A stretch of DNA of 64,000 nucleotides from Gammaproteobacteria bacterium (GTDB taxonomy: Bacteria; Pseudomonadota; Gammaproteobacteria; Ga0077536), in the NCBI GenBank assembly GCA_965217605.1, contig CBDCJB010000005.1:1942-65941 (forward strand), in the 5' to 3' direction. Position 1 is the stretch's first letter; the number at the start of each line of letters is the position of its first letter. Made by a program: the position numbers and the translations under genes. The notes beneath the pieces are model-generated. The model saw only the letters and a list, made by a program, of their open reading frames with translations. It was not told where the DNA came from and searched no databases. Of the stretch, positions 42,660-52,254 are shown in pieces.

Positions 42660-43676
42660 ATGTCGACACCGGACGCCAAGGACGTCGGCCTGTTGCTCGG
42701 CACGCTAATCGGTCCGGAGCAACTCACGCGCATGGCGCGCCTGGGGGAAGAACTCGGCTTCGGCGAGTTGTGGGTGGCCGAGGATTTTTATTACACGGCC
42801 GCCATCTCGACGGCGACCGCGGCACTCGGCGCAACGGCGCGCATACCGGTCGGTACGGGCGTCGTGTCCGCCGTCACCCGACACCCGGCGTTACTGGCGA
42901 TGGAGATCGCAACGCTCGGCGGCATGTATCCCGGACGTTTCATCCCCGGGATCGGTTTGGGTCTGCCGAGTTGGCTCAAGGAAATGGGGCTGCATCCGGC
43001 CAAGCAGCTCAAACCGGTCCAAGAGTGTGTGGACGTCGTGCGGCGCCTGCTGCGCGGCGAGACGGTCTCGTTCGAAGGCGAGACGTTCCGTTGTTCCGAA
43101 ATCACCTTGCATTACCCGCGCGAAGTGCCCATTTACATCGGCGCCTTCGGTCCGAAGATGCTGACCTTGAGCGGCGCGATCGCGGACGGGACGATCATCG
43201 GTTTGATCACGAGCACCGATTACGTCCGCTGGGCGCGTGAACGCATCGACCACGGCGCGCGGGCGGGCAGCCGCACCGGTCACCATAAGGTCGTCGTGTT
43301 CGTGTTCTTTTCGATCGACGAAGACGCCCAACGCGCACGAGACAAGGTGCGCGGATTGATGGCCTTGTACCTGCAGATCATCCACGCAGGCGAACTGCAC
43401 GCGACGACCGACATCTCGGGGATCACCGAAGACCTGCGCGCCATCCTCGCGAGCGGTGGCGTCGAAGCGCTCGAACGCGAGATGCCGACGGCCTGGCTGG
43501 AGGACCTCAGCGTGACCGGCACGCCGGCCGAATGCGCGACGCGAATCGAGGACTACTACGCGGCCGGTGCGGATTCGGTGATCCTGATGCCGATGCCCCA
43601 CGAGACCGCGGAAGACGCGATCCGATTGGCGGCACGTGAGATGTTGCCCTTGCTCCAAGTACGCATAGGGCGCTAG
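42660..43676 (+). CDS. LLM-class oxidoreductase (Mer-like)
   Basis: ELWVAED, TRHPALLAME, GRFIPGIGLG, IYIGAFGPKMLTLSGAIADG. Confidence 0.88.
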   Translation: MSTPDAKDVGLLLGTLIGPEQLTRMARLGEELGFGELWVAEDFYYTAAISTATAALGATARIPVGTGVVSAVTRHPALLAMEIATLGGMYPGRFIPGIGLGLPSWLKEMGLHPAKQLKPVQECVDVVRRLLRGETVSFEGETFRCSEITLHYPREVPIYIGAFGPKMLTLSGAIADGTIIGLITSTDYVRWARERIDHGARAGSRTGHHKVVVFVFFSIDEDAQRARDKVRGLMALYLQIIHAGELHATTDISGITEDLRAILASGGVEALEREMPTAWLEDLSVTGTPAECATRIEDYYAAGADSVILMPMPHETAEDAIRLAAREMLPLLQVRIGR

Positions 43677-43678
43677 TC

Positions 43679-45721
43679 GTGGCGACGCGGATCGGCGTTG
43701 ACGTCGGTGGCACGTTCACCGATCTGATCTTCTACGACGACGAATCGGGCGACGTGCTTCTCGCGAAGGAACCGACCACGCCGGCTGCTCCGGACGAAGG
43801 TGTGGTCGCCGCCGTCGTCACGGGCGTTCCGCAAGCTTTGATCGGCGGTGCGGCGTATTTTTTGCACGGCACGACGGTCGGCTTGAACGCGCTGCTCGAA
43901 CGCAAGGGCGCGGTGGTCGGATTGCTGGCGACACAAGGTTTCCGCGACATCCTGGAAGTGCGGCGCGGCGACCGCGGCGAGACCTACAACATCTTCTGGA
44001 AACAGCCGCCTCCGCTCGTGCCACGGCGATTGCGCTTGCCCGTAGACGAACGGATGCGAGCCGATGGCAGCGTTCACAAAGCCTTGGACGCAACGAGCAT
44101 CAGCGCAGCCGTTGAGGTTTTTGCCAAAGCACAGGTGACTTCGGTGGCCGTCGCGTTCATGAACGCCTACGCCAATGCCGAGCACGAACTCGAAGCCGAA
44201 CGGCTGCTCAGATCATTCGGGTTTACGGGCGAGATCTCACTGTCGCACCGTGTCGGCGGAGAGTTCCGCGAATACGAACGCACCTCGACGACGGTGATCG
44301 ACGCATACGTGCGCCCCAAGGTCGCGACCTATCTCGAACGCCTGGCGGAGCGATTGCGCGCGGAAGGCCTTCGCGGTGATCTGCTCATTACCCGATCGGG
44401 CGGCGGTGCGGTGACCTTTGCGGAAGGCGAGCTCCGTCCGGTCGAGACGATCCTGTCCGGTCCCGTGGCGGGCGCCGAAGGGGCGGCGGAGCTGGCCCGC
44501 AAGCTCGACCTCGGCGACGTCGTCTCCGCCGATGTCGGCGGCACGAGCTTCGACACCTGCCTCGTCACGGGCGGCCGTCCGCAGATCATGTATGAAAGCA
44601 AGATCATTGGCCTGCCCGTACAAACGCCGTGGGTCGACGTGCGCTCGATAGGCACCGGCGGCGGGTCGATCGCGCATATCGACGTCGGCGGTTTGTTGCG
44701 CGTCGGCCCGCACAGCGCCGGGGCCGATCCGGGTCCCGCGTCCTATGGCCGCGGCGGTACCGAGCCGACGGTTACCGACGCGGCGTTTTTCTTGGGCATG
44801 TTCGGGGAAGGTGAACTGGCGGCCGGGATCCGGCTCGACGCAGCGCGGGCCGAGGCTGCGCTCGCGCCGCTCGCCGAATCCCTCGGGTTATCGCTGGAAG
44901 ACGTCGCACGCGGCGTGTTGACGATCAGTACCGCGAGCATGGCCAATGCGATCAGAGAGATCACCGTCGAACAGGGCAGCGACCCCCGCCAGGCCAGGCT
45001 CGTGGCTTTTGGCGGCGCGGGACCGCTGTTCGCAACCTTGCTCACACGCGAACTCGGTATACGCGAAGCCGTGATCCCGCCCTATGCCGGAAACTTCTCG
45101 GCGTGGGGTTTACTCGGCGCCGATCTCACGCGCACCGCATCGCGCACGCGAATCTTGAAGTGCACGCCCAAGGGGATAGACGAAGCCAATCAACTACTGC
45201 GTACGCTCTTTGCGGAGGTCGAATCACGCACGAGCGCAGCCGATCGCAGGGGACAAAGCCGCGAGGTCGCGCTCGATGTCCGCTATGTCGGGCAGGAACA
45301 CACGCTGACGATTGCGGCGGTAAACGCAGATGGCGACATCGCGGCCACGCCGGACGAGATCCGCGCGGCGTTCATGCGCGAATACGCACGCACCTTCGGG
45401 CACACGATGGACGAGGCGGTCGAACTCGTGAACGTGCGGGCAACGGTGCGCAAACCGTTGGCCCACCGAGAGCAAGAACGCATTCAAGCTGTCACGGACG
45501 GCGTCTCGAACATCGCGCAGAGCCTGCCCGCCTACTCCTTCGCACGCGGCGAGCGGCTGTCCTTTAAGATCGTCCGGCGCTCGGAACTGGCGGCGGAGAC
45601 ACGGCTCGACGGGCCGGTTATCATCATGGAAGACACGGCAACCACCTATGTCGACGCTGATTTCACGGTGCGCGTCGACCCATCCGGCTGCCTGTTTCTC
45701 ATCGACGAGGAGACCGCATGA
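43679..45721 (+). CDS. Hydantoinase A/oxoprolinase ATP-binding subunit
   Basis: GVDVGGTFTD, HGTTVGLNALL, REYERTST, DVGGTSFD, SAGADPGP. Confidence 0.93.
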   Translation: MATRIGVDVGGTFTDLIFYDDESGDVLLAKEPTTPAAPDEGVVAAVVTGVPQALIGGAAYFLHGTTVGLNALLERKGAVVGLLATQGFRDILEVRRGDRGETYNIFWKQPPPLVPRRLRLPVDERMRADGSVHKALDATSISAAVEVFAKAQVTSVAVAFMNAYANAEHELEAERLLRSFGFTGEISLSHRVGGEFREYERTSTTVIDAYVRPKVATYLERLAERLRAEGLRGDLLITRSGGGAVTFAEGELRPVETILSGPVAGAEGAAELARKLDLGDVVSADVGGTSFDTCLVTGGRPQIMYESKIIGLPVQTPWVDVRSIGTGGGSIAHIDVGGLLRVGPHSAGADPGPASYGRGGTEPTVTDAAFFLGMFGEGELAAGIRLDAARAEAALAPLAESLGLSLEDVARGVLTISTASMANAIREITVEQGSDPRQARLVAFGGAGPLFATLLTRELGIREAVIPPYAGNFSAWGLLGADLTRTASRTRILKCTPKGIDEANQLLRTLFAEVESRTSAADRRGQSREVALDVRYVGQEHTLTIAAVNADGDIAATPDEIRAAFMREYARTFGHTMDEAVELVNVRATVRKPLAHREQERIQAVTDGVSNIAQSLPAYSFARGERLSFKIVRRSELAAETRLDGPVIIMEDTATTYVDADFTVRVDPSGCLFLIDEETA

Positions 45722-47445
45722 AAGTCGAACAACACGCGCTGCACGAAGCCTCCGGCACCCTAGCGCAGGCCTCCGACGTCGATCCGATCACGACCGAAGT
45801 CATCCGCCACGGTTTGACGTCCGCGGCGGAACAGATGAAGCGCGCACTGGTGCGCACGGCGTTTTCGCCCGTGATCTACGAAGCCCATGATTTCGCCGTC
45901 GCGATCTACGACCGCGACTACCGCATGCTGGCCCAGGCGCTCGGCCTGCCCATCTTCATGGGCACCTTGAGTTTCTGCGTTGAAGCCGCGGTCGAGGCTG
46001 TCGGCGGAGAAGGCGCGCTCGAGCCCGGCGACATCATCTTGTACAACCTGCCCTATGGCAGCGGCTCGCACCCTCAGGATGCCGCGTTCGTGATGCCGGT
46101 GTTCTGGCAGGAGCAACGACTGATCGGCTACACCGCGCTGAAGGGACACTGGCTCGATATCGGCGGTAAGGAGCCCTATTGCACGAACACCATCGACGTG
46201 CTCCAGGAAGGCACCGTGTTTCCCGGCGTCAAGATCTACGAGCGCGGCGAGCTCGTCGATGGGATCTACCGCATGGCGCTCGCGAATTCGCGCATGCCGA
46301 AGATGGTCGCGGGCGATATCAACGCCGAGGTCGTCGGCGTGCGCACAGGTGCAAAGGCGCTGATCGCGCTCGTGGAGCGGTACGGCATGGAACGCTTCTG
46401 GCAATCCGTCGAGCACATGCTCGATCACGGCGAACGCGTGGTGCGCGCGTATTTCGACAAGATTCCGGATGGGCGCTATCTCGCGCAGAGCCAGATGGAC
46501 AATAACGGCGTGGACGACGACGTCGTGCCGTTCGAGATCGCGGTCGAGGTCAAGGGCTCGGATATCCGCATCGACTATTCAGCGGCGCCCGATCAACAAG
46601 CCGGCCCCATTAATTGTCCGCGGCCGACGACCGAGTCGGCGAGCCGCGTCGCGATCAGCATGCTGGTCGGCGGTGCGGAAATGCCGAACGAAGGCCATTT
46701 CCGATCGATCGAGGTCGTGACGGCTAAGGGCTCGATGTTCGAACCGATCTATCCCGCGCCGTGTTTCCTCTACGCCTGGCCCGCGTTTCAGGCCATCGAG
46801 GCGATCTTCCGTGCGATCGCCCAGGCCGATCCGACGGCCGTGCCTGCGGGCAGCGGTGCGGACACCTGCGCGCTCGTGTGGTGGGGTGTGCGCGAGGCGA
46901 CCGGCGAACCCTGGGGCGACGGTTATCCGACGCCGGTCGGCCAGGGCGGCCATTGCAACGGCGATGGCGCGAACGCCGTGATCCATTACGGCGAATCGTC
47001 GTGCCGATTTCCGCCCGCGGAAGTCTGGGAAGCGCGCTGTCCCTGGTTGATAGAAAAATTCGAGCTCGTGCCCGATTCGGGCGGCGCCGGCCAGTATCGC
47101 GGCGGCTTGGGGCTGCACCAAGTCTATCACATACTCGAGGAGTGCTTCGTCACACCGACGATCGAGCGCACCAAGCTCGCCGCCTGGGGCCTCGAGGGCG
47201 GCGGCGACAGCGAGCTGACGAACGGTGTCGAGATTCACTATCCGGACGGACGGCCGACAGAATTCGTCGGCAAAGCCACCGGCGTCAAGCTTCCGAAGGG
47301 TGCGAGCTTGGATCTCTTCTGCAGCGGCGGCGGCGGTTACGGGCCGCCGGAGAAACGCGATACGGCTGCGGTCTTAGACGACATTGCCGACGGTTACGTC
47401 ACCGAAGCATGCGCGCGCCGGCATTACCCGCACGCCTTCGAATAG
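45718..47445 (+). CDS. Hydantoinase B/oxoprolinase subunit
   Basis: DPITTEVIR, FSPVIYEAHDF, HPQD, HWLDIGG, DSGGAGQYRGG, GGGGYG. Confidence 0.93.
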   Translation: MKVEQHALHEASGTLAQASDVDPITTEVIRHGLTSAAEQMKRALVRTAFSPVIYEAHDFAVAIYDRDYRMLAQALGLPIFMGTLSFCVEAAVEAVGGEGALEPGDIILYNLPYGSGSHPQDAAFVMPVFWQEQRLIGYTALKGHWLDIGGKEPYCTNTIDVLQEGTVFPGVKIYERGELVDGIYRMALANSRMPKMVAGDINAEVVGVRTGAKALIALVERYGMERFWQSVEHMLDHGERVVRAYFDKIPDGRYLAQSQMDNNGVDDDVVPFEIAVEVKGSDIRIDYSAAPDQQAGPINCPRPTTESASRVAISMLVGGAEMPNEGHFRSIEVVTAKGSMFEPIYPAPCFLYAWPAFQAIEAIFRAIAQADPTAVPAGSGADTCALVWWGVREATGEPWGDGYPTPVGQGGHCNGDGANAVIHYGESSCRFPPAEVWEARCPWLIEKFELVPDSGGAGQYRGGLGLHQVYHILEECFVTPTIERTKLAAWGLEGGGDSELTNGVEIHYPDGRPTEFVGKATGVKLPKGASLDLFCSGGGGYGPPEKRDTAAVLDDIADGYVTEACARRHYPHAFE

Positions 47446-47451
47446 ACACCT

Positions 47452-47473
47452 GAGGGGCCCGCTTGCGGGCGAA
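47452..47473 (+). repeat. Degenerate REP family B copy
   Basis: GAGGGGCCCGCTTGCGGGCGAA, shares its core with 56988-57012 and 57150-57167. Confidence 0.6.
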
Positions 47474-47493
47474 CGAGAGATCGAATGGATTCC

Positions 47494-48207
47494 TTAGGCC
47501 GCTGTGCGGCGACGCCGCGCCGTTATCCGGATTAACACTACCGCGCTCAAGGTAAGCGGCAAGGCGGCCGGCAACGGGATCGCCGTGATAAAGATGGGCT
47601 GAATATCCACAAAAGCGGCCCCCGTCGGATCCTGCAGCGGAGACCCTACCGCTGAAAAAATGGTATTGACCTGGGTCACGGTCAACAGATCGTCCGCATC
47701 CAGGAATTCGAACATCAAGTTGTTCGCCGCCGGATCGTGATCCAAGCCCAAATTGTGGCCGAGTTCGTGCGCGCCCAACACGTCGCCGTTGCTTTCGGCC
47801 GCCGTGCTCGACCGCAACACCATGTCATTGCCGGGCATATCCGCACAACCGACGATGCTCCCGCCCGGGCCGCCGCACCACATGATCGCGTCAACGAAAA
47901 ACATATTGACCGTCGGAAATACGCCGGCAGGCGGCCCCAGCGCGAACAGCTGATCGAGCTCGTCTTCGTCGTCGATAGTGAGTAGTGCCGGCGCGAAGAT
48001 ACTGGCTACCGGATGGAAGTTGGTGGTGATCGGCGTAGAACCGAACGACGCTTGCATGAAGATGTCGTTCATGCCCGTGTCGATGTCGCTCAACTCCTGG
48101 GGCGTGACGCCGACAGCCCAGGCGAACGCCGGCGCCAGCATCGCGGCGAGCAGCACCGCAGTCGGCAGAGCCCGCCCGCCGCGCCTGGCTACGCCGTCTA
48201 TCGACAT
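47494..48207 (-). CDS. Exported metzincin-like protein with VPLPA-CTERM-type sorting tail
   Basis: Signal peptide; HELGHNLGLDH and NNLM; C-terminus IPLPAALPL-TM-RRRR. Confidence 0.82.
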   Translation of the reverse strand: MSIDGVARRGGRALPTAVLLAAMLAPAFAWAVGVTPQELSDIDTGMNDIFMQASFGSTPITTNFHPVASIFAPALLTIDDEDELDQLFALGPPAGVFPTVNMFFVDAIMWCGGPGGSIVGCADMPGNDMVLRSSTAAESNGDVLGAHELGHNLGLDHDPAANNLMFEFLDADDLLTVTQVNTIFSAVGSPLQDPTGAAFVDIQPIFITAIPLPAALPLTLSAVVLIRITARRRRTAA

Positions 48208-48238
48208 GTTGTCAGCGTCGACCGCTTGACGCGGTACT

Positions 48239-48826
48239 TCAGGCCTTCTGCCAGAGCGTCTGGACCGGACCGCTGTCGCCCATCATGGGATCGAACTCCG
48301 GCAGCGGCGTACCCGTGATCTGCGCGCGCACCGCGTTGCGCTCGGCTTGCCCGAGCAGACGGATGTCCAACCCTTCCGCGTCATGCGCCTCGTGCGCCTT
48401 GCCTTTGGTATCCGGGTCCATGACACAGACGTCGGGGCCCTGGTCCGGCGGGTATGCGCCGACCACGGACAAACCCGGCGCGTCGTCGAGCCGGCAATGG
48501 CTGACGCCGGCCGGTATGACGCACGCGTCGCCCGCTTCCACTTCGACGATCGGGCCGTCCGGTCCGCCGAGCTGGATGGTGGCTGAGCCGCGGGCGAACC
48601 CGAGCGCTTCATGGGCGTTGGAATGGTAGTGATGGAACGGGAATACGCCGTTGCGCCAGCCGTTGCCCCAGTCATGCTTGGCAAACGCTTCCTCGAAGAC
48701 GGACTCCGGTTCGCGGTCGCCGAAGTCGGCCACGCCTTTGTATAAGATGACGGGTAGAACTTCGTTATTCGGCGAATCGCCGCTTGCAGCGACGATGAAA
48801 TGTTTGATGGAATCCTGCTTTGACAT
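48239..48826 (-). CDS. Cupin domain protein (YjlB-like)
   Basis: PNN..LPVILY, FHHYHSNAHEALG, GD..VIPAGVSH, VVGAYP. Confidence 0.87.
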   Translation of the reverse strand: MSKQDSIKHFIVAASGDSPNNEVLPVILYKGVADFGDREPESVFEEAFAKHDWGNGWRNGVFPFHHYHSNAHEALGFARGSATIQLGGPDGPIVEVEAGDACVIPAGVSHCRLDDAPGLSVVGAYPPDQGPDVCVMDPDTKGKAHEAHDAEGLDIRLLGQAERNAVRAQITGTPLPEFDPMMGDSGPVQTLWQKA

Positions 48827-48923
48827 GGGTATCCTCCGGCGGCTTCGCAAGGGTTCTCAAAAGCTTAGCTCTACGAGCCACGGCTTGGCAAATGTAAATA
48901 AGGGTTTCCCCAGGAGGTACACG

Positions 48924-49322
48924 ATGACCGAAGCTGAATTAAGCAATTGGCTCGACAAGTACGGCGCGGCGTGGGAGAGCCAGAATGCCGGCGCGGCAGC
49001 GGCGTTATTTACCGAAGAGGGCACCTACGCCTGGGGCCCGTTCAACGAGCCCATACAGGGCCGCGACGCAATCCGGGCGGCCTGGGACTACGCAACCAAA
49101 GGTCAGCAGGAAGAGATCCGTTTCGGCTATGAGGTGCTCGCGGTGACCGAAGACCGGGGCATCGCGCGGTGGTGGGCCTCGATGACGGTCAAGTCGACCG
49201 GCACCCAGGTGCGCATGGAGGGGATCTTCCTCGTCACCTTGACGGCCGACGGTCTGTGCACGGTATTCCGCGAATGGTGGAACGAAGATCCGCCCGCGAC
49301 CGATGCCGCGGACTATAAATAG
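48924..49322 (+). CDS. NTF2/SnoaL-like protein
   Basis: AGGAGG RBS; WLDKYGAAWE, ALFTEEG, GRDAIRAAW, FREWW. Confidence 0.85.
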   Translation: MTEAELSNWLDKYGAAWESQNAGAAAALFTEEGTYAWGPFNEPIQGRDAIRAAWDYATKGQQEEIRFGYEVLAVTEDRGIARWWASMTVKSTGTQVRMEGIFLVTLTADGLCTVFREWWNEDPPATDAADYK

Positions 49323-49333
49323 CACCATTCCGC

Positions 49334-50248
49334 TCACATACAGGTCTCGCGATACCAGTCGTTGACCTCATCGCCGGTCGTCAACCACACGTCGTCGTGG
49401 CCGGCGATGTACTCGAATGCGCGCTTCAAGTGCTTGAACTTGTTCGGCTGGCCAACGTGGAACGGGTGGATGCAGACGGGCATGCAGCGCGCATTGGTGG
49501 CGCCCTCTTCATATAGAACATCGAACTGATCGATGATCATGTCGCCAAACGTTTCCGATGAAACGCCCATGAACAAGAACGCGGGAACATCGTTCAGTTC
49601 GAGCGTATAGGGCACCGAAATCAATGTCCTGCCAGGTGTGTTGAACCGAAACGGGTGATCGTCAGCCGTGTAATCGCAGAGATACTCGACACCGTATTCT
49701 TCCAGCAGAGCGGGAGTGTCGTCGGTATGTATCAAATACGGCGACAACCAACCCTTGGTCTTGCGCCCGAGGGTTTTCTCCAGCGTATTCAGTGAATCCT
49801 CGAGGATGGCGCGTTCGGCAACTTCGCCGAGATAAGCGATGCTGCCGTCGGATCCACGCAGGTTTCCGATGATGTTGGCCGGCGCGTTATTGCGGCCGTG
49901 ACCGATCCACGCCCAATCGCGTTTCTCGCCTTCCTCGACGATACGTGGATACTCGCGACAGACTTCGCTGTTCAGGCAGACCGTCGCACGCATGCCGCAG
50001 CGGTCCATCATCTCCATCATGCGCCAGATCCCGACCCGGGCGCCGTAATCGCGCCAGCCGTAGTTCATGGTATCCGGCGCAAATCCGGTCGTCGCTTTTA
50101 CCAGCGCAGTACCTGGAATGTCCGCGGGGAAATGCTCGATATTGATAAAAGGCACGACGGCGACGCGCTTGCCATCCGGTAGTTTGAATGGTTCACGGTC
50201 GATGATCGGTTCGTAATTGTAGTGTCGGGTTTGGGTTAGATCAGGCAT
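49334..50248 (-). CDS. Polysaccharide deacetylase-family protein (PuuE-like amidohydrolase)
   Basis: NIEHF, WRDYGARVGIWR, IGHG, VPYTLELND, DQFDVLYEE, IHPFHVGQP. Confidence 0.87.
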   Translation of the reverse strand: MPDLTQTRHYNYEPIIDREPFKLPDGKRVAVVPFINIEHFPADIPGTALVKATTGFAPDTMNYGWRDYGARVGIWRMMEMMDRCGMRATVCLNSEVCREYPRIVEEGEKRDWAWIGHGRNNAPANIIGNLRGSDGSIAYLGEVAERAILEDSLNTLEKTLGRKTKGWLSPYLIHTDDTPALLEEYGVEYLCDYTADDHPFRFNTPGRTLISVPYTLELNDVPAFLFMGVSSETFGDMIIDQFDVLYEEGATNARCMPVCIHPFHVGQPNKFKHLKRAFEYIAGHDDVWLTTGDEVNDWYRETCM

Positions 50249-50306
50249 AGCGTTTCTCGTACCCCGTTTTTCGGTCGACTGAATTACATGACTAGAATGT
50301 ATACCA

Positions 50307-50765
50307 ATGGCAAGCACTCTGACCCATTCGATCGTAAGCGGACTGTTGTGTCTGGTTGGGTTGGTGCTGGTGCTGACCGGCTTGAACATCATTCCCGGCG
50401 CGGCCACGTCGCCTTTTCCGAATCACATCCTGCTTGCATTGGGCGGCATGTTTGCACTCCCCGGCTTGATTATCGTCGGGCCATTGGATTCGACGATCGT
50501 GAAGTTAGCGACCTTTGCCTTCATCGGTTTGTTTACGTATCTCTTCGTGTGGCTCACGCTCTTTGCGCCGGCGGCGCTCGCCGATGAAGCGGTTGGACTT
50601 CCGCGCCCTTACAATCTCTGGATATTCAGGTCGCTCAGTGGCATCGGTGTGTTAGTCGGTGCGATCATGTTCGCGTTCGCGCTGCGTCGGTTCATTGCAG
50701 ATCTGCGAGAACCACGCAAGTATGAACACCGAAAATTGATCTCGAATAAGGATAAACAACGATGA
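50307..50765 (+). CDS. Hypothetical 4-TM membrane protein
   Basis: Four hydrophobic segments, basic tail, ATGA overlap with next gene. Confidence 0.6.
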   Translation: MASTLTHSIVSGLLCLVGLVLVLTGLNIIPGAATSPFPNHILLALGGMFALPGLIIVGPLDSTIVKLATFAFIGLFTYLFVWLTLFAPAALADEAVGLPRPYNLWIFRSLSGIGVLVGAIMFAFALRRFIADLREPRKYEHRKLISNKDKQR

Positions 50766-51646
50766 AGTGCGGCTTGCAACTGGCGATGGGCGCCGCCGTA
50801 TCCAACTGGGATGCGCTGCAGGGCGTGGCAGCCCTGGCGGACGAACTGAATTACGACTCGCTGTTGATGGGCGATCACGTCGTCGTTCCCAAACACATTG
50901 ACACCAAATGGCCTTACGACGAGTACGTCGCCGGCATGCCGCCCTATCACGTGTATACCGAGTGGGACATCTTGGACCCTTTCGATACCGTCGCTTTCCT
51001 CGCGGCGATCACCGAGAAGGTGCGCGTCGGCATCAGCGTCGTCATCGTACCCTACCGGCATCCGTTCGACATGGCCCGCCGCATCGCCACGATCGACGTG
51101 TTGTCGCGGGGGCGCTTCATCCTGGGCGTGGGGATCGGGTGGTTGGAAGAAGAGTTCCAACTGTTGGATATCCCTTTTAAGGAACGCGGCGCGCGCACCG
51201 ATGAGTACGTCGAGGTCATGAAAACCCTATGGACGGAGGACAAACCACGCTATTCGGGTCGCTTCATCGAACTCGCCCATGACGTCAATCCCCTGCCGCA
51301 ACCGTTGCAGAAACCCTATCCGCCGATCTGGGTCGGCGGGGAATCCGATCTCGCCCTGAAGCGCGCGGCGCGGATCGGTAACGGCTGGCACTTCGGCCTC
51401 ATCACCCCCGAGCAGATCCGCCCGCGTCTCGAGCGGCTCAAACAACTGATGGATGCGGCCGGCCGTGATTACGACAAACTCGAGATCACGGGGCTGGTCG
51501 ACTATGAACGGCTGACGTCAGAAACCGTGCGCGCTTATCGCGATCTCGGCGTCGACGTGCTTTACATCCTGCCGATCAGCCTCGATACGGGGCCGGTGCT
51601 GCAACAGATGAGGGATTACGCCGACATGATCGGCGCGTCCGGTTAA
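50762..51646 (+). CDS. LLM-class, putatively F420-dependent oxidoreductase
   Basis: MGDHVVVP, PYRHP, LSRGRFILGVGIGWLEEEF, RGARTDE, PPIWVGG. Confidence 0.88.
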   Translation: MKCGLQLAMGAAVSNWDALQGVAALADELNYDSLLMGDHVVVPKHIDTKWPYDEYVAGMPPYHVYTEWDILDPFDTVAFLAAITEKVRVGISVVIVPYRHPFDMARRIATIDVLSRGRFILGVGIGWLEEEFQLLDIPFKERGARTDEYVEVMKTLWTEDKPRYSGRFIELAHDVNPLPQPLQKPYPPIWVGGESDLALKRAARIGNGWHFGLITPEQIRPRLERLKQLMDAAGRDYDKLEITGLVDYERLTSETVRAYRDLGVDVLYILPISLDTGPVLQQMRDYADMIGASG

Positions 51647-51676
51647 AGGACAACTGCAAGGCCCGAATCGTTCGCG

Positions 51677-52237
51677 CTAAATATCCCGCTGGCTGCCCAC
51701 GCGATCATGCGGGCGGCCGCAGTTACTGATGGCGAGCGCGACGACGATCTCATCCGGACCGGGTGCGTCGGCCACGCGCACTTCCATCGCGTCGAAATTC
51801 GCAAAGCGCCAAGCGTCGTCTTTTGCATGCAAGGGTACGTCGATCGCGGTACCGGCTGCGCCCCGTTTGATGCTCGAAGGAATGATCGCTTCGCCGCCGC
51901 CCAGCACCGCCCGAAACGGCTTGCCCAGGCGTGGATGCAGGATCGCTGCGCAGTGTTCGAGGTCGCCGTTGACGCCGACGATCGCCGCTTTGCCGTAACT
52001 CTGAACGTCCCCGACCGGAACATCGAGCACACGGAGCGCACGCTCTCCGAGCAGGCTGCCGAGTTCCGCTCCGACGTCGATGAGTGTCGAGAGATCATCG
52101 ACAAATGCGCCCGCGAAGGGATTTGCGATGACGGCGAGCGCCGCCGCCTTACCGAAGTTACCGGAAACGGCGCGGCCGCCTTCGCGGTAGGTTTCTTCGA
52201 GGAGCACAACCACTTTTCTCAAATCAAGCGCGCTCAT
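51677..52237 (-). CDS. DUF1185 / amino acid synthesis family protein
   Basis: VIANPFAG, SYGKAAIVGVNGDLEH, IDVPLH, DAPGPDEIVVALA. Confidence 0.85.
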   Translation of the reverse strand: MSALDLRKVVVLLEETYREGGRAVSGNFGKAAALAVIANPFAGAFVDDLSTLIDVGAELGSLLGERALRVLDVPVGDVQSYGKAAIVGVNGDLEHCAAILHPRLGKPFRAVLGGGEAIIPSSIKRGAAGTAIDVPLHAKDDAWRFANFDAMEVRVADAPGPDEIVVALAISNCGRPHDRVGSQRDI

Positions 52238-52254
52238 TGCCTATCCCCGTCGTT

